A DNA stretch of 63,054 bases, counting the filler, from Gemmatimonadota bacterium (lineage in GTDB: Bacteria; 4572-55; J002): NCBI GenBank assembly GCA_003697105.1. It is 4 parts of 4 records of this genome, joined end to end, with 100 filler letters (N's around TTAATTAATTAA, not from the genome) between each part and the next. Parts side by side here need not be neighbours in the genome. Positions count along the whole stretch, not along the records: positions 1 to 13,498 come from RFFQ01000023.1; 3 more parts are not named here. The stretch is one strand, 5' to 3'. The notes beneath the pieces were generated by a model. That model did not search any database, was not told where the DNA came from, and saw only the letters and a program-made list of their open reading frames with translations. Position numbers and translations under genes: made by a program. Shown one piece after another: positions 1 to 9,104 of this stretch; the stretch's first letter is position 1, and every line of letters begins with the position of its first letter.

Positions 1-557
1 GGAAAACATGCCGTTTCTGTTAATAGCTCAAAAATCTGCTCCCGATCGACTCCTTCCTGAAGTATTTCCACTAACCGGGTTTTGCCCCGTACTACTTTAG
101 GCCAGGGTGTGTCTAACAGATGATTACTCAAACCGTACACCCCTGGTTCCAGTCGCTTGATTGTATTTTCCCGATTGGAAAAATAGCCCATTTCCTTACC
201 ATCAAAGACGATCAGGTTAAATCCATTATATTGACTAGCGACGGATTTTACATACTGGAGTGCCTCCCGAGCAGGACGGTTGTCTTGTAAAACGTTCAGG
301 GGTAATTCTCCCCGAGATCGTTCGCCCGCCTGTTCCGTATGAGGGTCGCGATAATTGGTCAATGCGGCAAATTGCCTAGTTTTGGTGACTGCCAACCATG
401 TACCCCCAGCTTGTAAATCGCGCCCAGCAAATATCCCCGGATAATCCTCCCAAAAGTGGGCAGGAGCGGTAGGTCGATCATAAAATTCATCTCGATTAGC
501 GGCGACAACCAGGTCAAATTGGGGATGATAGCGGTACGCAAACAGAATCAGACACAT
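1..557 (-). CDS. NRDE family (TANGO2/DUF833) protein, 3' end truncated by window edge
   Basis: Manual translation from ATG at 557: MCLILFAYRYHPQFDLVVAANRDEFYDRPT...GRDLQAGGTWLAV. It has the NRDE motif and N-terminal MC. Absent from the ORF track because it runs off the edge. Confidence 0.92.
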   Translation of the reverse strand, partial: MCLILFAYRYHPQFDLVVAANRDEFYDRPTAPAHFWEDYPGIFAGRDLQAGGTWLAVTKTRQFAALTNYRDPHTEQAGERSRGELPLNVLQDNRPAREALQYVKSVASQYNGFNLIVFDGKEMGYFSNRENTIKRLEPGVYGLSNHLLDTPWPKVVRGKTRLVEILQEGVDREQIFELLTETACF

Positions 558-558
558 T

Positions 559-1581
559 TTATCCTTGAAAATCTGGAGGATGGCACAAAGCGAATTCCTC
601 GGGTGTAATGAGGTTGTGCTGAAGGAATTCCATGATGATGGTTTCCGTCATATCACTCATAAAAGGGAATTCATAGCGGATGTCGAATACATACGCTTTT
701 AGTCGCATCTTGATGATTGAGCGTCCCTGATGAATCTCATTTTTGAAGATCACACGGATCGGCTTGTTGAGGTAAATATAGCGGGAAACTGCCGCCGCCC
801 GGTATGCCAGCTTGCGGGCTCGTACCAAATCAATATGTGCCGGCAGATAAATCTCGGCAACCACCTGACAGTTGGATTCCCCCGCATTGGCATTGGAGAC
901 TGATTGATTCATAATTTCCCCATTGGGGATCGAAACCAACGAGTCATCCGGGGTGACAATGCGTACCGACCGTAGCCCAATTTGCTTGACCTCGCCGTAG
1001 TAATTGTTAATCTCAATTTTATCACCCACTTGGAATGGTCGATCAAACAGAATCATAATTCCACCAAAAATGTTTTTCAGAATATCTTGAGAGGCGAAGC
1101 CAACGGCTAAGCCTGTAGAAGCACCCACCGCCAGCAACGTTTCCACCGGTGGGGAAAACACCCTCGTAATAATCAGATAAATAACCAACATCCATGCCAG
1201 AATCCGAAATACAGGAATAATTCCTTTGATGGTCAACCGGAGATTTGTCCACCGCTCAGAAATAGCTTCCAATAGTTGGGTCAGGGCTTGGATCAGAAAA
1301 AACGCCAGAATAAAAATAGCCGTAGCCCAAAAAATTTTGCCGTAGGGGATGGAAATCACCGGTTTGGCATCTTTCATTTTTTTGGTGATGGGAGGGGCTT
1401 CCGCGGGGGGTTGTGATGCAGAGATCGCTGGCGTGGGGGCAGAATCTATGACGCTGGACACCGTATCGGCAAACTTAACGTTACGGGTTATGGCATCCAC
1501 TTGTAAGGTCTCCTGTGCCTCGGTGATGCTTACTCCGACGACCGTCAACAGAATAATAATCCAACCAAATGGGTATTTCAT
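559..1581 (-). CDS. MscS-family small-conductance mechanosensitive channel protein
   Basis: TM helices followed by GLAVGFASQDILKNIFGGIMILFDRPFQVGDKI and IGLRSVRI...IPN; N-terminal signal-like segment. Confidence 0.92.
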   Translation of the reverse strand: MKYPFGWIIILLTVVGVSITEAQETLQVDAITRNVKFADTVSSVIDSAPTPAISASQPPAEAPPITKKMKDAKPVISIPYGKIFWATAIFILAFFLIQALTQLLEAISERWTNLRLTIKGIIPVFRILAWMLVIYLIITRVFSPPVETLLAVGASTGLAVGFASQDILKNIFGGIMILFDRPFQVGDKIEINNYYGEVKQIGLRSVRIVTPDDSLVSIPNGEIMNQSVSNANAGESNCQVVAEIYLPAHIDLVRARKLAYRAAAVSRYIYLNKPIRVIFKNEIHQGRSIIKMRLKAYVFDIRYEFPFMSDMTETIIMEFLQHNLITPEEFALCHPPDFQG

Positions 1582-1589
1582 GGTGGGTC

Positions 1590-4500
1590 CTAATGTAGGA
1601 TGTTTTGTATTTTCAGTGCTCGTACAATCGGACGGTACAAAAATGGATGAATACGGTAATAGGTCTTATGCCGGATGACGATCCCAGATTGTTCCATCCG
1701 ATTTAGCATGAGGGCGCTATACTGGAGTTCAAACCGGAACACCCGCGCAGTTTCATCAATACTTAAATTTTCGTGTTGGAGCAAGGCAGCTAATATAAAC
1801 AGTTCGTCTACTGTGAGTTGGTATAAAAAAGAATGATCAAAATCAACAAGGGGCGATACCACTAATTTGTCTTCGGTATTTTTTTTAATAGATCGTTGCC
1901 AGAACAGCATAGCTACGGTGATGTTACTTGCTGCCACGTCGTTTAGTTGGTGAAAAAAGATGTCTTCAAGATAATGTTGCTGTTCTTCTTCAGAGCGCAA
2001 CCGCCTGAATTTACGGGTATTTGCTATTGTTGGGGGGACTTCATAAACCAACTGGTAGCCGCTGGCACGATTCCGGCGCAGAATAATTTCTTTAATTTCT
2101 GCGGTTGCCATGATTTCCATGTGGATGACACGACGAAAATAGGTGGAGATGTGAATCACTTTGTCCAAATATTGCCAACTGTAGAGCGTGCAGCAAAGTA
2201 ACCAGTGGATTCGGGATTGGGTCTTTGTGATGAACAGTAAAAAGGACTCTAACGCTTCAAATCCATCAATCGTGCGTAAGAACATATTTTGGATATTCTC
2301 AAAAATGCAAACCATACTCTCATCTCGCGCTAAAATGCGAGCTTCAAGTTCGTTCAGGTTTTGGGCATCAGGTTCTTTCAACGCCCGTTTCAAATGCTCC
2401 AGAAGTTTCGTTTCCGTATAGACCGTGTTATCCAATCGCACTTTGACGACTGTCGTTTCCTGAAAAATCTGTTTGGCGGCAAAATTGAGCAAACTGGTTT
2501 TTCCGCTCCCTTTTTCGCCCACCACGGCGGTCAACTTGGGTTGTCCCGCTTGCCATGCTTCAAAATCCGTTTGAAGACGCACCATTTCCGCTCTACGACC
2601 CACAAAAAAACGCTCATCGCGTAGTGGCTCGTTGCGGAATAACCGCTGGTATACATACGGTAGGTGTTTAATTCGTTGAGTGGTTTCGTTGAGAAATTGT
2701 GCGATTCGTTCGCCCACATTTTCCGGGGTTGGGGCAAGTCCGGTGATTTTTTTCAGGTGGACAATGCGGGTCTGCAACGTCGTCAACGCGTTTTGGCTAT
2801 ACCGGATGAACGTATTGATGGTATGAGGAATGCCCTGTGTTAGGGTAGTCCACACGTGCTGGTAATAACGATGGAACTGTTCTTCAGCCTGGATCCGGGC
2901 AATTCGTAGTTGAATTTCCAAAATACGTTCGTCATCGGCTAAAGCCAGAATCTGCCGCCCAAAACTCACGGAGCGTTTGCAGAAAAAATGATTGCTCTGC
3001 TGGACAATCTGCTGGCAGTGTTCGATGATGGTATCCAATTGCTTTATGGCGCGTTCTAATCCTTCTACGGCGATTTTTTGGGCGTCATCAAATGCTTCGA
3101 TATTGGTACGTTGTCGCCGCAACAGAGTCAGTGCCGCTTCCAGGTTGAATTCGACAATTTGGTCGGTCTCGGAGATGTCGCGTAGGATATGTTCCACATG
3201 CGTTTGCACCGTTTGCATAAACACCTGATGTTCCTGAGCCAGCTCACGGAATATTTTATCTTCCACCAATTGTTTGAGTGCCACATTTTCCACTTTGGAG
3301 CGGGGTGGAATGTGTTCTAAATCTCTTTCTTTGAAGATGGTGTGGTTTTCGGATACAATCTCCAGCGCATTTTTGGCGCGATATGCATATTCCTGAAGAA
3401 AGCGATCCACCTGCGCCTGAAGCAGACTGTCAATCATCAAAGGCAATTTTTCATCGCGTAACGTTTTTAGCAATGTTCGATTTTCGCTTAAAATATGACG
3501 ACGCAACGCGAGTTTATCTTCTGTATCGACATTCGTAAACGTGGCTAAGGATTGCGCCAGAAGTGCCTTCACCTCACGGAAAATAGGGGTAAGTTGAGTC
3601 TCCATTTTGGATTGCACGGTCTCGAACGTCTTTAAGCTCAATTGCGAAATTCGGAATTGTAACAAAAGCAGTTCTAAATCCTTTTGCCACTCCTCTATTT
3701 CGCCATTCCAGTGGGTTTGCCACGCGGTTTGATCCTGCTGGAACTGTTTGTTCAGCGTATTCCAGTGAGATTGGAGGCGTTTGGCATCAAACATTTTTTC
3801 CGGTAGGGCAAATGTTCCGGCGTATGGCCACTGACGTTTCACTTCCGTTACCCGGGCTTCCCAAGCGGTATACACCTGATCCAACGCATCCACGATGAAT
3901 GTATCCAGTTGGATGATACATTCTTCAATGGTTGTCAAATGATGTTCTAATATTTTCCATTTCTGATCACGTGCTTCTCGGCTTGGTGTTAAACCGGACG
4001 TTTCAATTTCGGATAAAAATAGGAATGCTGTTTTGGTTTCCTCGCTGATTTGATGAAACTGGTAGAGGTGTTGGGCGATGAGGTGCATCAAGCGTTGCCA
4101 TTCATGGTAAAGGCATTCTGCAAACGGATATTCAAGGGTGAAGCGGAGAAAATGGTGCAAATGAAAAGTACGTGTATCGGGAGGTATCTCCTTTTTCGGG
4201 TGGCGTCTGATCCATTGTAGTATTCGATGGTGTTCTTGCCGTAGCCGGTACCGGAATGCTCGGTAGGTTTTCCATAGCCGGACGGGCACAGCATCGGTGG
4301 GGTCACGGTTCCAAAACGTGGGTGGGATTTCTAACGTGATGGTTTCGGGAACGGTCTCTAACGTTGTGCGGAATGTTTCCTGCCACAAGCCCCACACCTG
4401 ATCCGGGGTACTCGTGGCCAGCTCGGAATGCAGATTCTTGACCCATTCCTGAAATTGTTTGACCATGTATTCTTGTTCGCGCCACAAGTTGGTCGATGGG

Positions 4501-4670
4501 GTGTCAGGGCGTTCGGTTTGGCGGCGCCGTTCGAGATTTTCATGGAGTAGCTCAATGTACCGGTTTACCTTATCTTTGTAAGGATTGCGCCACGCCGAAA
4601 GCAACTTTTTAGCCGTTGCTTCGGCAACCTCTTGAAACGGACGTACATACTGGGTCGGGGTTGTCGGCAT
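1590..4670 (-). CDS. Large P-loop ATPase (long helical N-terminus, C-terminal AAA/STAND-like NTPase and probable winged helix)
   Basis: FFVGR motif, Walker A GEKGSGKTS, Walker B-like CIFEN. Start chosen at ATG 4670 (MPTTPT); the ORF track extends to 4781. Confidence 0.75.
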   Translation of the reverse strand: MPTTPTQYVRPFQEVAEATAKKLLSAWRNPYKDKVNRYIELLHENLERRRQTERPDTPSTNLWREQEYMVKQFQEWVKNLHSELATSTPDQVWGLWQETFRTTLETVPETITLEIPPTFWNRDPTDAVPVRLWKTYRAFRYRLRQEHHRILQWIRRHPKKEIPPDTRTFHLHHFLRFTLEYPFAECLYHEWQRLMHLIAQHLYQFHQISEETKTAFLFLSEIETSGLTPSREARDQKWKILEHHLTTIEECIIQLDTFIVDALDQVYTAWEARVTEVKRQWPYAGTFALPEKMFDAKRLQSHWNTLNKQFQQDQTAWQTHWNGEIEEWQKDLELLLLQFRISQLSLKTFETVQSKMETQLTPIFREVKALLAQSLATFTNVDTEDKLALRRHILSENRTLLKTLRDEKLPLMIDSLLQAQVDRFLQEYAYRAKNALEIVSENHTIFKERDLEHIPPRSKVENVALKQLVEDKIFRELAQEHQVFMQTVQTHVEHILRDISETDQIVEFNLEAALTLLRRQRTNIEAFDDAQKIAVEGLERAIKQLDTIIEHCQQIVQQSNHFFCKRSVSFGRQILALADDERILEIQLRIARIQAEEQFHRYYQHVWTTLTQGIPHTINTFIRYSQNALTTLQTRIVHLKKITGLAPTPENVGERIAQFLNETTQRIKHLPYVYQRLFRNEPLRDERFFVGRRAEMVRLQTDFEAWQAGQPKLTAVVGEKGSGKTSLLNFAAKQIFQETTVVKVRLDNTVYTETKLLEHLKRALKEPDAQNLNELEARILARDESMVCIFENIQNMFLRTIDGFEALESFLLFITKTQSRIHWLLCCTLYSWQYLDKVIHISTYFRRVIHMEIMATAEIKEIILRRNRASGYQLVYEVPPTIANTRKFRRLRSEEEQQHYLEDIFFHQLNDVAASNITVAMLFWQRSIKKNTEDKLVVSPLVDFDHSFLYQLTVDELFILAALLQHENLSIDETARVFRFELQYSALMLNRMEQSGIVIRHKTYYRIHPFLYRPIVRALKIQNILH

Positions 4671-4781
4671 GGATAATCTCTTGCCAGAAGTTGGGGTTTG
4701 GTTTGTATAATTGTACTTGATCTTTTCAGAAGTCGTCAAGCAAAATAGGGGCGTTGGCACCGTTACACGAAATGTAAACAC

Positions 4782-4817
4782 AAAAAAGTGATGGCCTGCC
4801 GGATGACCATCACTTTT
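4782..4817 (-). terminator. Intrinsic terminator downstream of ribE
   Basis: AAAAAAGTGATGG...CCATCACTTTT inverted repeat with A/T tails. Confidence 0.7.
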
Positions 4818-4869
4818 GAATTGCCTTGTACTGTGGAGGGCGTCCGAATCGTTTAATACCGGGTTAATT

Positions 4870-5508
4870 TCACGAGTATCCTAAAGTTTTTAGTTTTTCC
4901 AAGGTGAGGGTCTGAGATTTAGGGGTACCGAGTAAGCGCTCGATATATTTGCCCAAAATATCCACCTCAATATTCACCTGATCCCGTATGTGGAGTTGCC
5001 CGAGTGTGGTTTGATCGAGGGTATAGGGAATGAGCGAAACGGTAAATTGTTCTGGTGTAAGGTGGGCGATGGTCAAACTTACCCCATCGACCGTAATGGA
5101 GCCCTGTTCCACCACGTAACGCATCCATTTGGGGTCTATTCGGATTGAAAAAAGGGTACTGCTGGCACGTTCCCGCCGCTCAACTACGGTTCCCACACAA
5201 TCCACGTGTCCGGCAACGATGTGCCCGCCGAAGCGATCCCCCACCGCTAGGGCACGTTCCAAATTGACCCGGCTACCCGGCCGTAAATTGCCCAACGTTG
5301 TTTTTTGGAGGGTTTCTTCAACCGCTTGCACCGTGAATGTGGTTGCCTGACGTTCGATTACCGTTTGGCAAGCTCCATTGACGTTGATGCTGTTATCGAT
5401 CTGTAAATCTTCCAAAACAGCGCGGGCTGAGATGGTGATTCGCCGGGAACCCCCTTGCGGTTGCACGTGTTGCACCATGCCCACTTCTTCAACCAGTCCA
5501 GTAAACAT
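4870..5508 (-). CDS. ribE: Riboflavin synthase (alpha chain; ribC in E. coli naming)
   Basis: MFTGLVEE start, GACQTV, VNLERAL, GGHIVAGHVD, GSITVDGVSLT, VNIEVD. Confidence 0.97.
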   Translation of the reverse strand: MFTGLVEEVGMVQHVQPQGGSRRITISARAVLEDLQIDNSINVNGACQTVIERQATTFTVQAVEETLQKTTLGNLRPGSRVNLERALAVGDRFGGHIVAGHVDCVGTVVERRERASSTLFSIRIDPKWMRYVVEQGSITVDGVSLTIAHLTPEQFTVSLIPYTLDQTTLGQLHIRDQVNIEVDILGKYIERLLGTPKSQTLTLEKLKTLGYS

Positions 5509-5646
5509 GATCAATACTCCTGCAAAAATGAGTAAAGAAGAATGTGTTCGTTCAGTATATGCCAAAAATCCGATTCAAGTCAACAGTAAACCGCGGTGAT
5601 ATGGCGTCCTGAAAAGGAGAGACTGTCCAAAATACCTGAAAAATTC

Positions 5647-5675
5647 TTGACAAGGGTGACACGGTAATGTAAAAT
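5647..5675 (+). promoter_or_regulatory. Sigma70-type promoter for PilZ-ruvB-kinase
   Basis: TTGACA-17 nt-TAAAAT. Confidence 0.7.
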
Positions 5676-5724
5676 GCGACAACCTTCGCTAACTTTTGGC
5701 TTTTATGAAAGGGAGAATAGTTCC

Positions 5725-6099
5725 ATGAATGTTCCTACCGGGGTAGAGCGTCGTCGGTATAAGCGCGTTCCGCTTCAAAACGTTATTATTGAGCTATCCC
5801 CGCCGACGGATGGCAAGAAATACACCGGAATGATCCGGGACATTAGTTTGGGCGGAATGTTGATCGCCTTTGAAACGCAACCGCCTAAGCCGGACGAATT
5901 CGCCCATGTTACGTTCATCTTACCCAGTGCGGGGGTGTTTTCTTATATTAAAATGCAAGTGATGCGCGAAACACGGGATAAAGAAGGGTTGTATGCGCTA
6001 GGGCTTGAGTTTGTAAACTTAAATGCCGAAGATCGTGCTAAACTGGAACGCTTTTTTCAGAATCACGCCAACTATTATAACCAACAGGATGAATCCTGA
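5725..6099 (+). CDS. Stand-alone PilZ domain protein (c-di-GMP receptor)
   Basis: RxxxR (RRYKR) and DxSxxG (DISLGG) motifs, GLEF near the C-terminus; GGGAG RBS before ATG 5725. Confidence 0.88.
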   Translation: MNVPTGVERRRYKRVPLQNVIIELSPPTDGKKYTGMIRDISLGGMLIAFETQPPKPDEFAHVTFILPSAGVFSYIKMQVMRETRDKEGLYALGLEFVNLNAEDRAKLERFFQNHANYYNQQDES

Positions 6100-6110
6100 C
6101 GAGGTGTTTC

Positions 6111-7145
6111 GTGAACGATTCCGAACGGCTTACCACGCCGGATAAATTAACCGGTGATACAGACCTTGAGATTACCCTCCGCCCCCTTCGCTTAGATGAT
6201 TTCACGGGTCAGGAAAAGATCAAGGAAAATCTAAAAATTTATATTCAGGCGGCAAAAGGGCGCGGGGAAGCCCTTGACCATCTGCTTTTTTACGGACCGC
6301 CCGGGCTGGGTAAAACGACGTTAGCCGCCATTATTGCCAAAGAGATGGGAGTCAATATCAAATCGACTTCCGGTCCCGTCATCGAACGCCCGGGAGACCT
6401 CGCCGGAGTATTGACCAATCTCCGCAAAGGGGATGTCCTGTTTATTGATGAAATTCACCGCTTGAATCATGTGGTGGAGGAATATCTCTATTCCGCCATG
6501 GAAGATTTCACCCTTGATATTATGATTGATAAGGGTCCCAACGCGCGTTCGGTCAAACTCAACTTGGAACCCTTTACCTTAGTGGGTGCTACCACCCGCG
6601 TGGGATTACTTACCTCACCGTTGCGCGCTCGCTTCGGGGTGATTAATCGTCTGGATTATTATGATCCGCCCGATTTGCAACAGATTGTTATGCGCTCCGC
6701 GAAAGTGTTGGGGGTGGGTATTACCGCGGACGGGGCACTCGAAATCGCGCGGCGTTCTCGGGGGACACCCCGTATTGCCAATCGATTTTTGCGCCGCGCT
6801 CGGGATTATGCCCAAGTCATCGCCGATGGCGTCATTACCAAAGAGATTGCCCACCAGACATTGCAAATGCTCGAAGTGGATCAGGAAGGTCTGGATGAAA
6901 TGGATCGCCGCTTGATCTTAGCGATTATTGAAAAGTTTAGCGGGGGTCCGGTCGGGGTAAAAACCGTCGCGGTGGCCGTTGGTGAAGAACCGGACACCAT
7001 TGAAGAAGTCTATGAGCCGTATTTGATTCAAAAAGGGTTTTTAAAACGCACTCCGCGGGGACGTGAGGCGACACCTTATGCCTATGATTATTATGGGATT
7101 CCGCGGTCTGAAGAGACCAATCAACTGTCATTCTTGGCATCTTAA
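6111..7145 (+). CDS. ruvB: Holliday junction branch migration helicase RuvB
   Basis: [43 protein letters not shown]. Confidence 0.99.
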   Translation: MNDSERLTTPDKLTGDTDLEITLRPLRLDDFTGQEKIKENLKIYIQAAKGRGEALDHLLFYGPPGLGKTTLAAIIAKEMGVNIKSTSGPVIERPGDLAGVLTNLRKGDVLFIDEIHRLNHVVEEYLYSAMEDFTLDIMIDKGPNARSVKLNLEPFTLVGATTRVGLLTSPLRARFGVINRLDYYDPPDLQQIVMRSAKVLGVGITADGALEIARRSRGTPRIANRFLRRARDYAQVIADGVITKEIAHQTLQMLEVDQEGLDEMDRRLILAIIEKFSGGPVGVKTVAVAVGEEPDTIEEVYEPYLIQKGFLKRTPRGREATPYAYDYYGIPRSEETNQLSFLAS

Positions 7146-7177
7146 GCGATAGCGAGTTGTCCTAAGGAGGTAATCCG

Positions 7178-8875
7178 TTGGAAGAAAATAATGTAACGCG
7201 CCGTAGACCTTCAGGGCGCCGTCGCCCGCCAGGAATAGATGTCCCGCGTCATAGACGCCGGTACACCGACCATCTGGTGGAAAAAGCCCATAAAAAGACA
7301 ATTCTGTTGGTGGATGATGACCCGCTGGTGCGAAGTGCCATGAAAATGGCGATTTCCGATGATTATAATGTCCTTGAAGCCGAAGATGGCTATCAAGGGT
7401 TGGAAGTACTACGAAATCATGTTTCGGAAATCCAATGTGTGGTCACGGATATTCGGATGCCGGGTTTAAATGGTTCGGAGTATATGGCAAAAGCCGGAGA
7501 AGTCACCCAAGATGTCTATTTTGTGATTGTCACCGGGCATAAAGGGGAAGTGACCGAATCTAAATTGATCAGTGATGGTAGTGGGCGGCTAAGCGGCTTT
7601 CTGGAAAAGCCAATCTCCAATGATGAACTCAAATACCAGATTCAAAAAGCGGTTGAATTAACTCAAATTCAACAGGATCGCGCCCGGGCAAATTACAATG
7701 CCCAACAATTAGTCGAAGCTGTAGAGACGATCTATGCCGCCACCAATGAAGATGAACTCTTACAGTTGATCATTGATAATGTCTCGCGTTTTATGTCTGT
7801 GAAAACCGCGTTTTGGGCACTGGCAGACTCGCGGAATAACTTGTTGATCCGGGGCGGGTCAGACCGATTTAGCGGGCTGATCGGTGACCCCATTGAAGGC
7901 AATCCCAACCTCCGGTCTGCGGATGTGGAAGCTGTCCGCAAAGCAATTGAAGAAGATACTGTCACGGAAAATGAGCATATTATGGCATTGCCCCTGTATA
8001 ATGGCGTGATTTTGCTCTTTGGTAATCCTCTGATCGATGCACGAGATAAAAATTTTATCCGAACGTATGTCCGCAATGCGGAACAGGCACTGGAACGCAT
8101 GCATCTTTACGAAAAATTGAAAGATGCCAATACCAAACTCACCCAGTTGGATAAAATGAAAACGAAATTCACGGATATTATCTCCCATGAATTGCGCACA
8201 CCGTTGGCGTCCATGAAAGGGTATCTCTTTTTGCTGGACGTTCAAGCGCGCCCCAAACTGGATGAGGAAACGACCCAAAGTTTAGAAATTATCAATAATT
8301 GCACCAACAAACTGGTGGCTATCGCCAATGATGTGACCAACTTATCGCGTTTGACCTCTGCGGAAATCAAATTACGCTTAACCACTATCAATTTGGCGCA
8401 ATTGTTTCAGGATATTCAGAAAGAGGTCGAGTTATTCATCAAATACCGGAATCAAGTGTTTCAGACCCATATTGAAGAAGGATTGGTTAACATTGTGGGA
8501 GACCAAGAGGGGATTTCACAAGCGATCAAAAACTTGATTATGAATGCCATCAAGTTTACTCCAGATGGGGGAACGATCTCTTTGAAAGCACGTCAAACCA
8601 CTTCCACTTACGAAATTCAAGTATCCGATACCGGAATTGGTATTCCGGAGAGTGAATTTGAGAATATCTTTTCTGGGTTTTATGAAGTCGGAGACACCAG
8701 TTATCACCATTCTGGCACGTTTGAGTTCAAAGCTGGCGGGTTAGGCTTAGGATTGCGGATTGTCAAAAGCATCGTCAGTGCGCATGGCGGGGATGTCCGC
8801 GTAGAAAGTGAATTGGAAAAAGGCTCTACGTTCACCCTTCTTTTGCCGAAAACAATAACCCCCGCGGCAACTTAA
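7178..8875 (+). CDS. Cytoplasmic hybrid histidine kinase (REC - GAF-like - HisKA - HATPase)
   Basis: LLVDDD/TDIRMPG/KP receiver; SHELRTPL H-box; NAIKFT, DTGIGI and GLGLGL boxes; no TM segment. Confidence 0.93.
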   Translation: MEENNVTRRRPSGRRRPPGIDVPRHRRRYTDHLVEKAHKKTILLVDDDPLVRSAMKMAISDDYNVLEAEDGYQGLEVLRNHVSEIQCVVTDIRMPGLNGSEYMAKAGEVTQDVYFVIVTGHKGEVTESKLISDGSGRLSGFLEKPISNDELKYQIQKAVELTQIQQDRARANYNAQQLVEAVETIYAATNEDELLQLIIDNVSRFMSVKTAFWALADSRNNLLIRGGSDRFSGLIGDPIEGNPNLRSADVEAVRKAIEEDTVTENEHIMALPLYNGVILLFGNPLIDARDKNFIRTYVRNAEQALERMHLYEKLKDANTKLTQLDKMKTKFTDIISHELRTPLASMKGYLFLLDVQARPKLDEETTQSLEIINNCTNKLVAIANDVTNLSRLTSAEIKLRLTTINLAQLFQDIQKEVELFIKYRNQVFQTHIEEGLVNIVGDQEGISQAIKNLIMNAIKFTPDGGTISLKARQTTSTYEIQVSDTGIGIPESEFENIFSGFYEVGDTSYHHSGTFEFKAGGLGLGLRIVKSIVSAHGGDVRVESELEKGSTFTLLLPKTITPAAT

Positions 8876-8904
8876 CCTCCACATCCGGCTTTCGCAATTA
8901 GCGA

Positions 8905-8937
8905 CGCTCGGTGGTGGATATCATCGGGCGATTTTTT
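8905..8937 (+). terminator. Intrinsic terminator after kinase gene
   Basis: CGCTCGGTGGT...ATCATCGGGCG stem followed by ATTTTTT. Confidence 0.65.
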
Positions 8938-9104
8938 ATTAGGTAAGGAGACCGTATATGCTGTATCCCAAAGACCCCATTCAGGAGTTTGCGATGGCTT
9001 GTCACCATGCTGGTGGCAACCATCGCCGTTTAACCTCCTCCCCAAACAGAATTTGAATTTAACTCCCTATACTAACACTTTCAGTATTTGAGGTGAAAAC
9101 GAAC

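Noticed and set aside
8958-9056. Thr attenuator peptide or T-box before thrS
   Set aside because: Only one Thr codon, and no T-box consensus or terminator before the gene.
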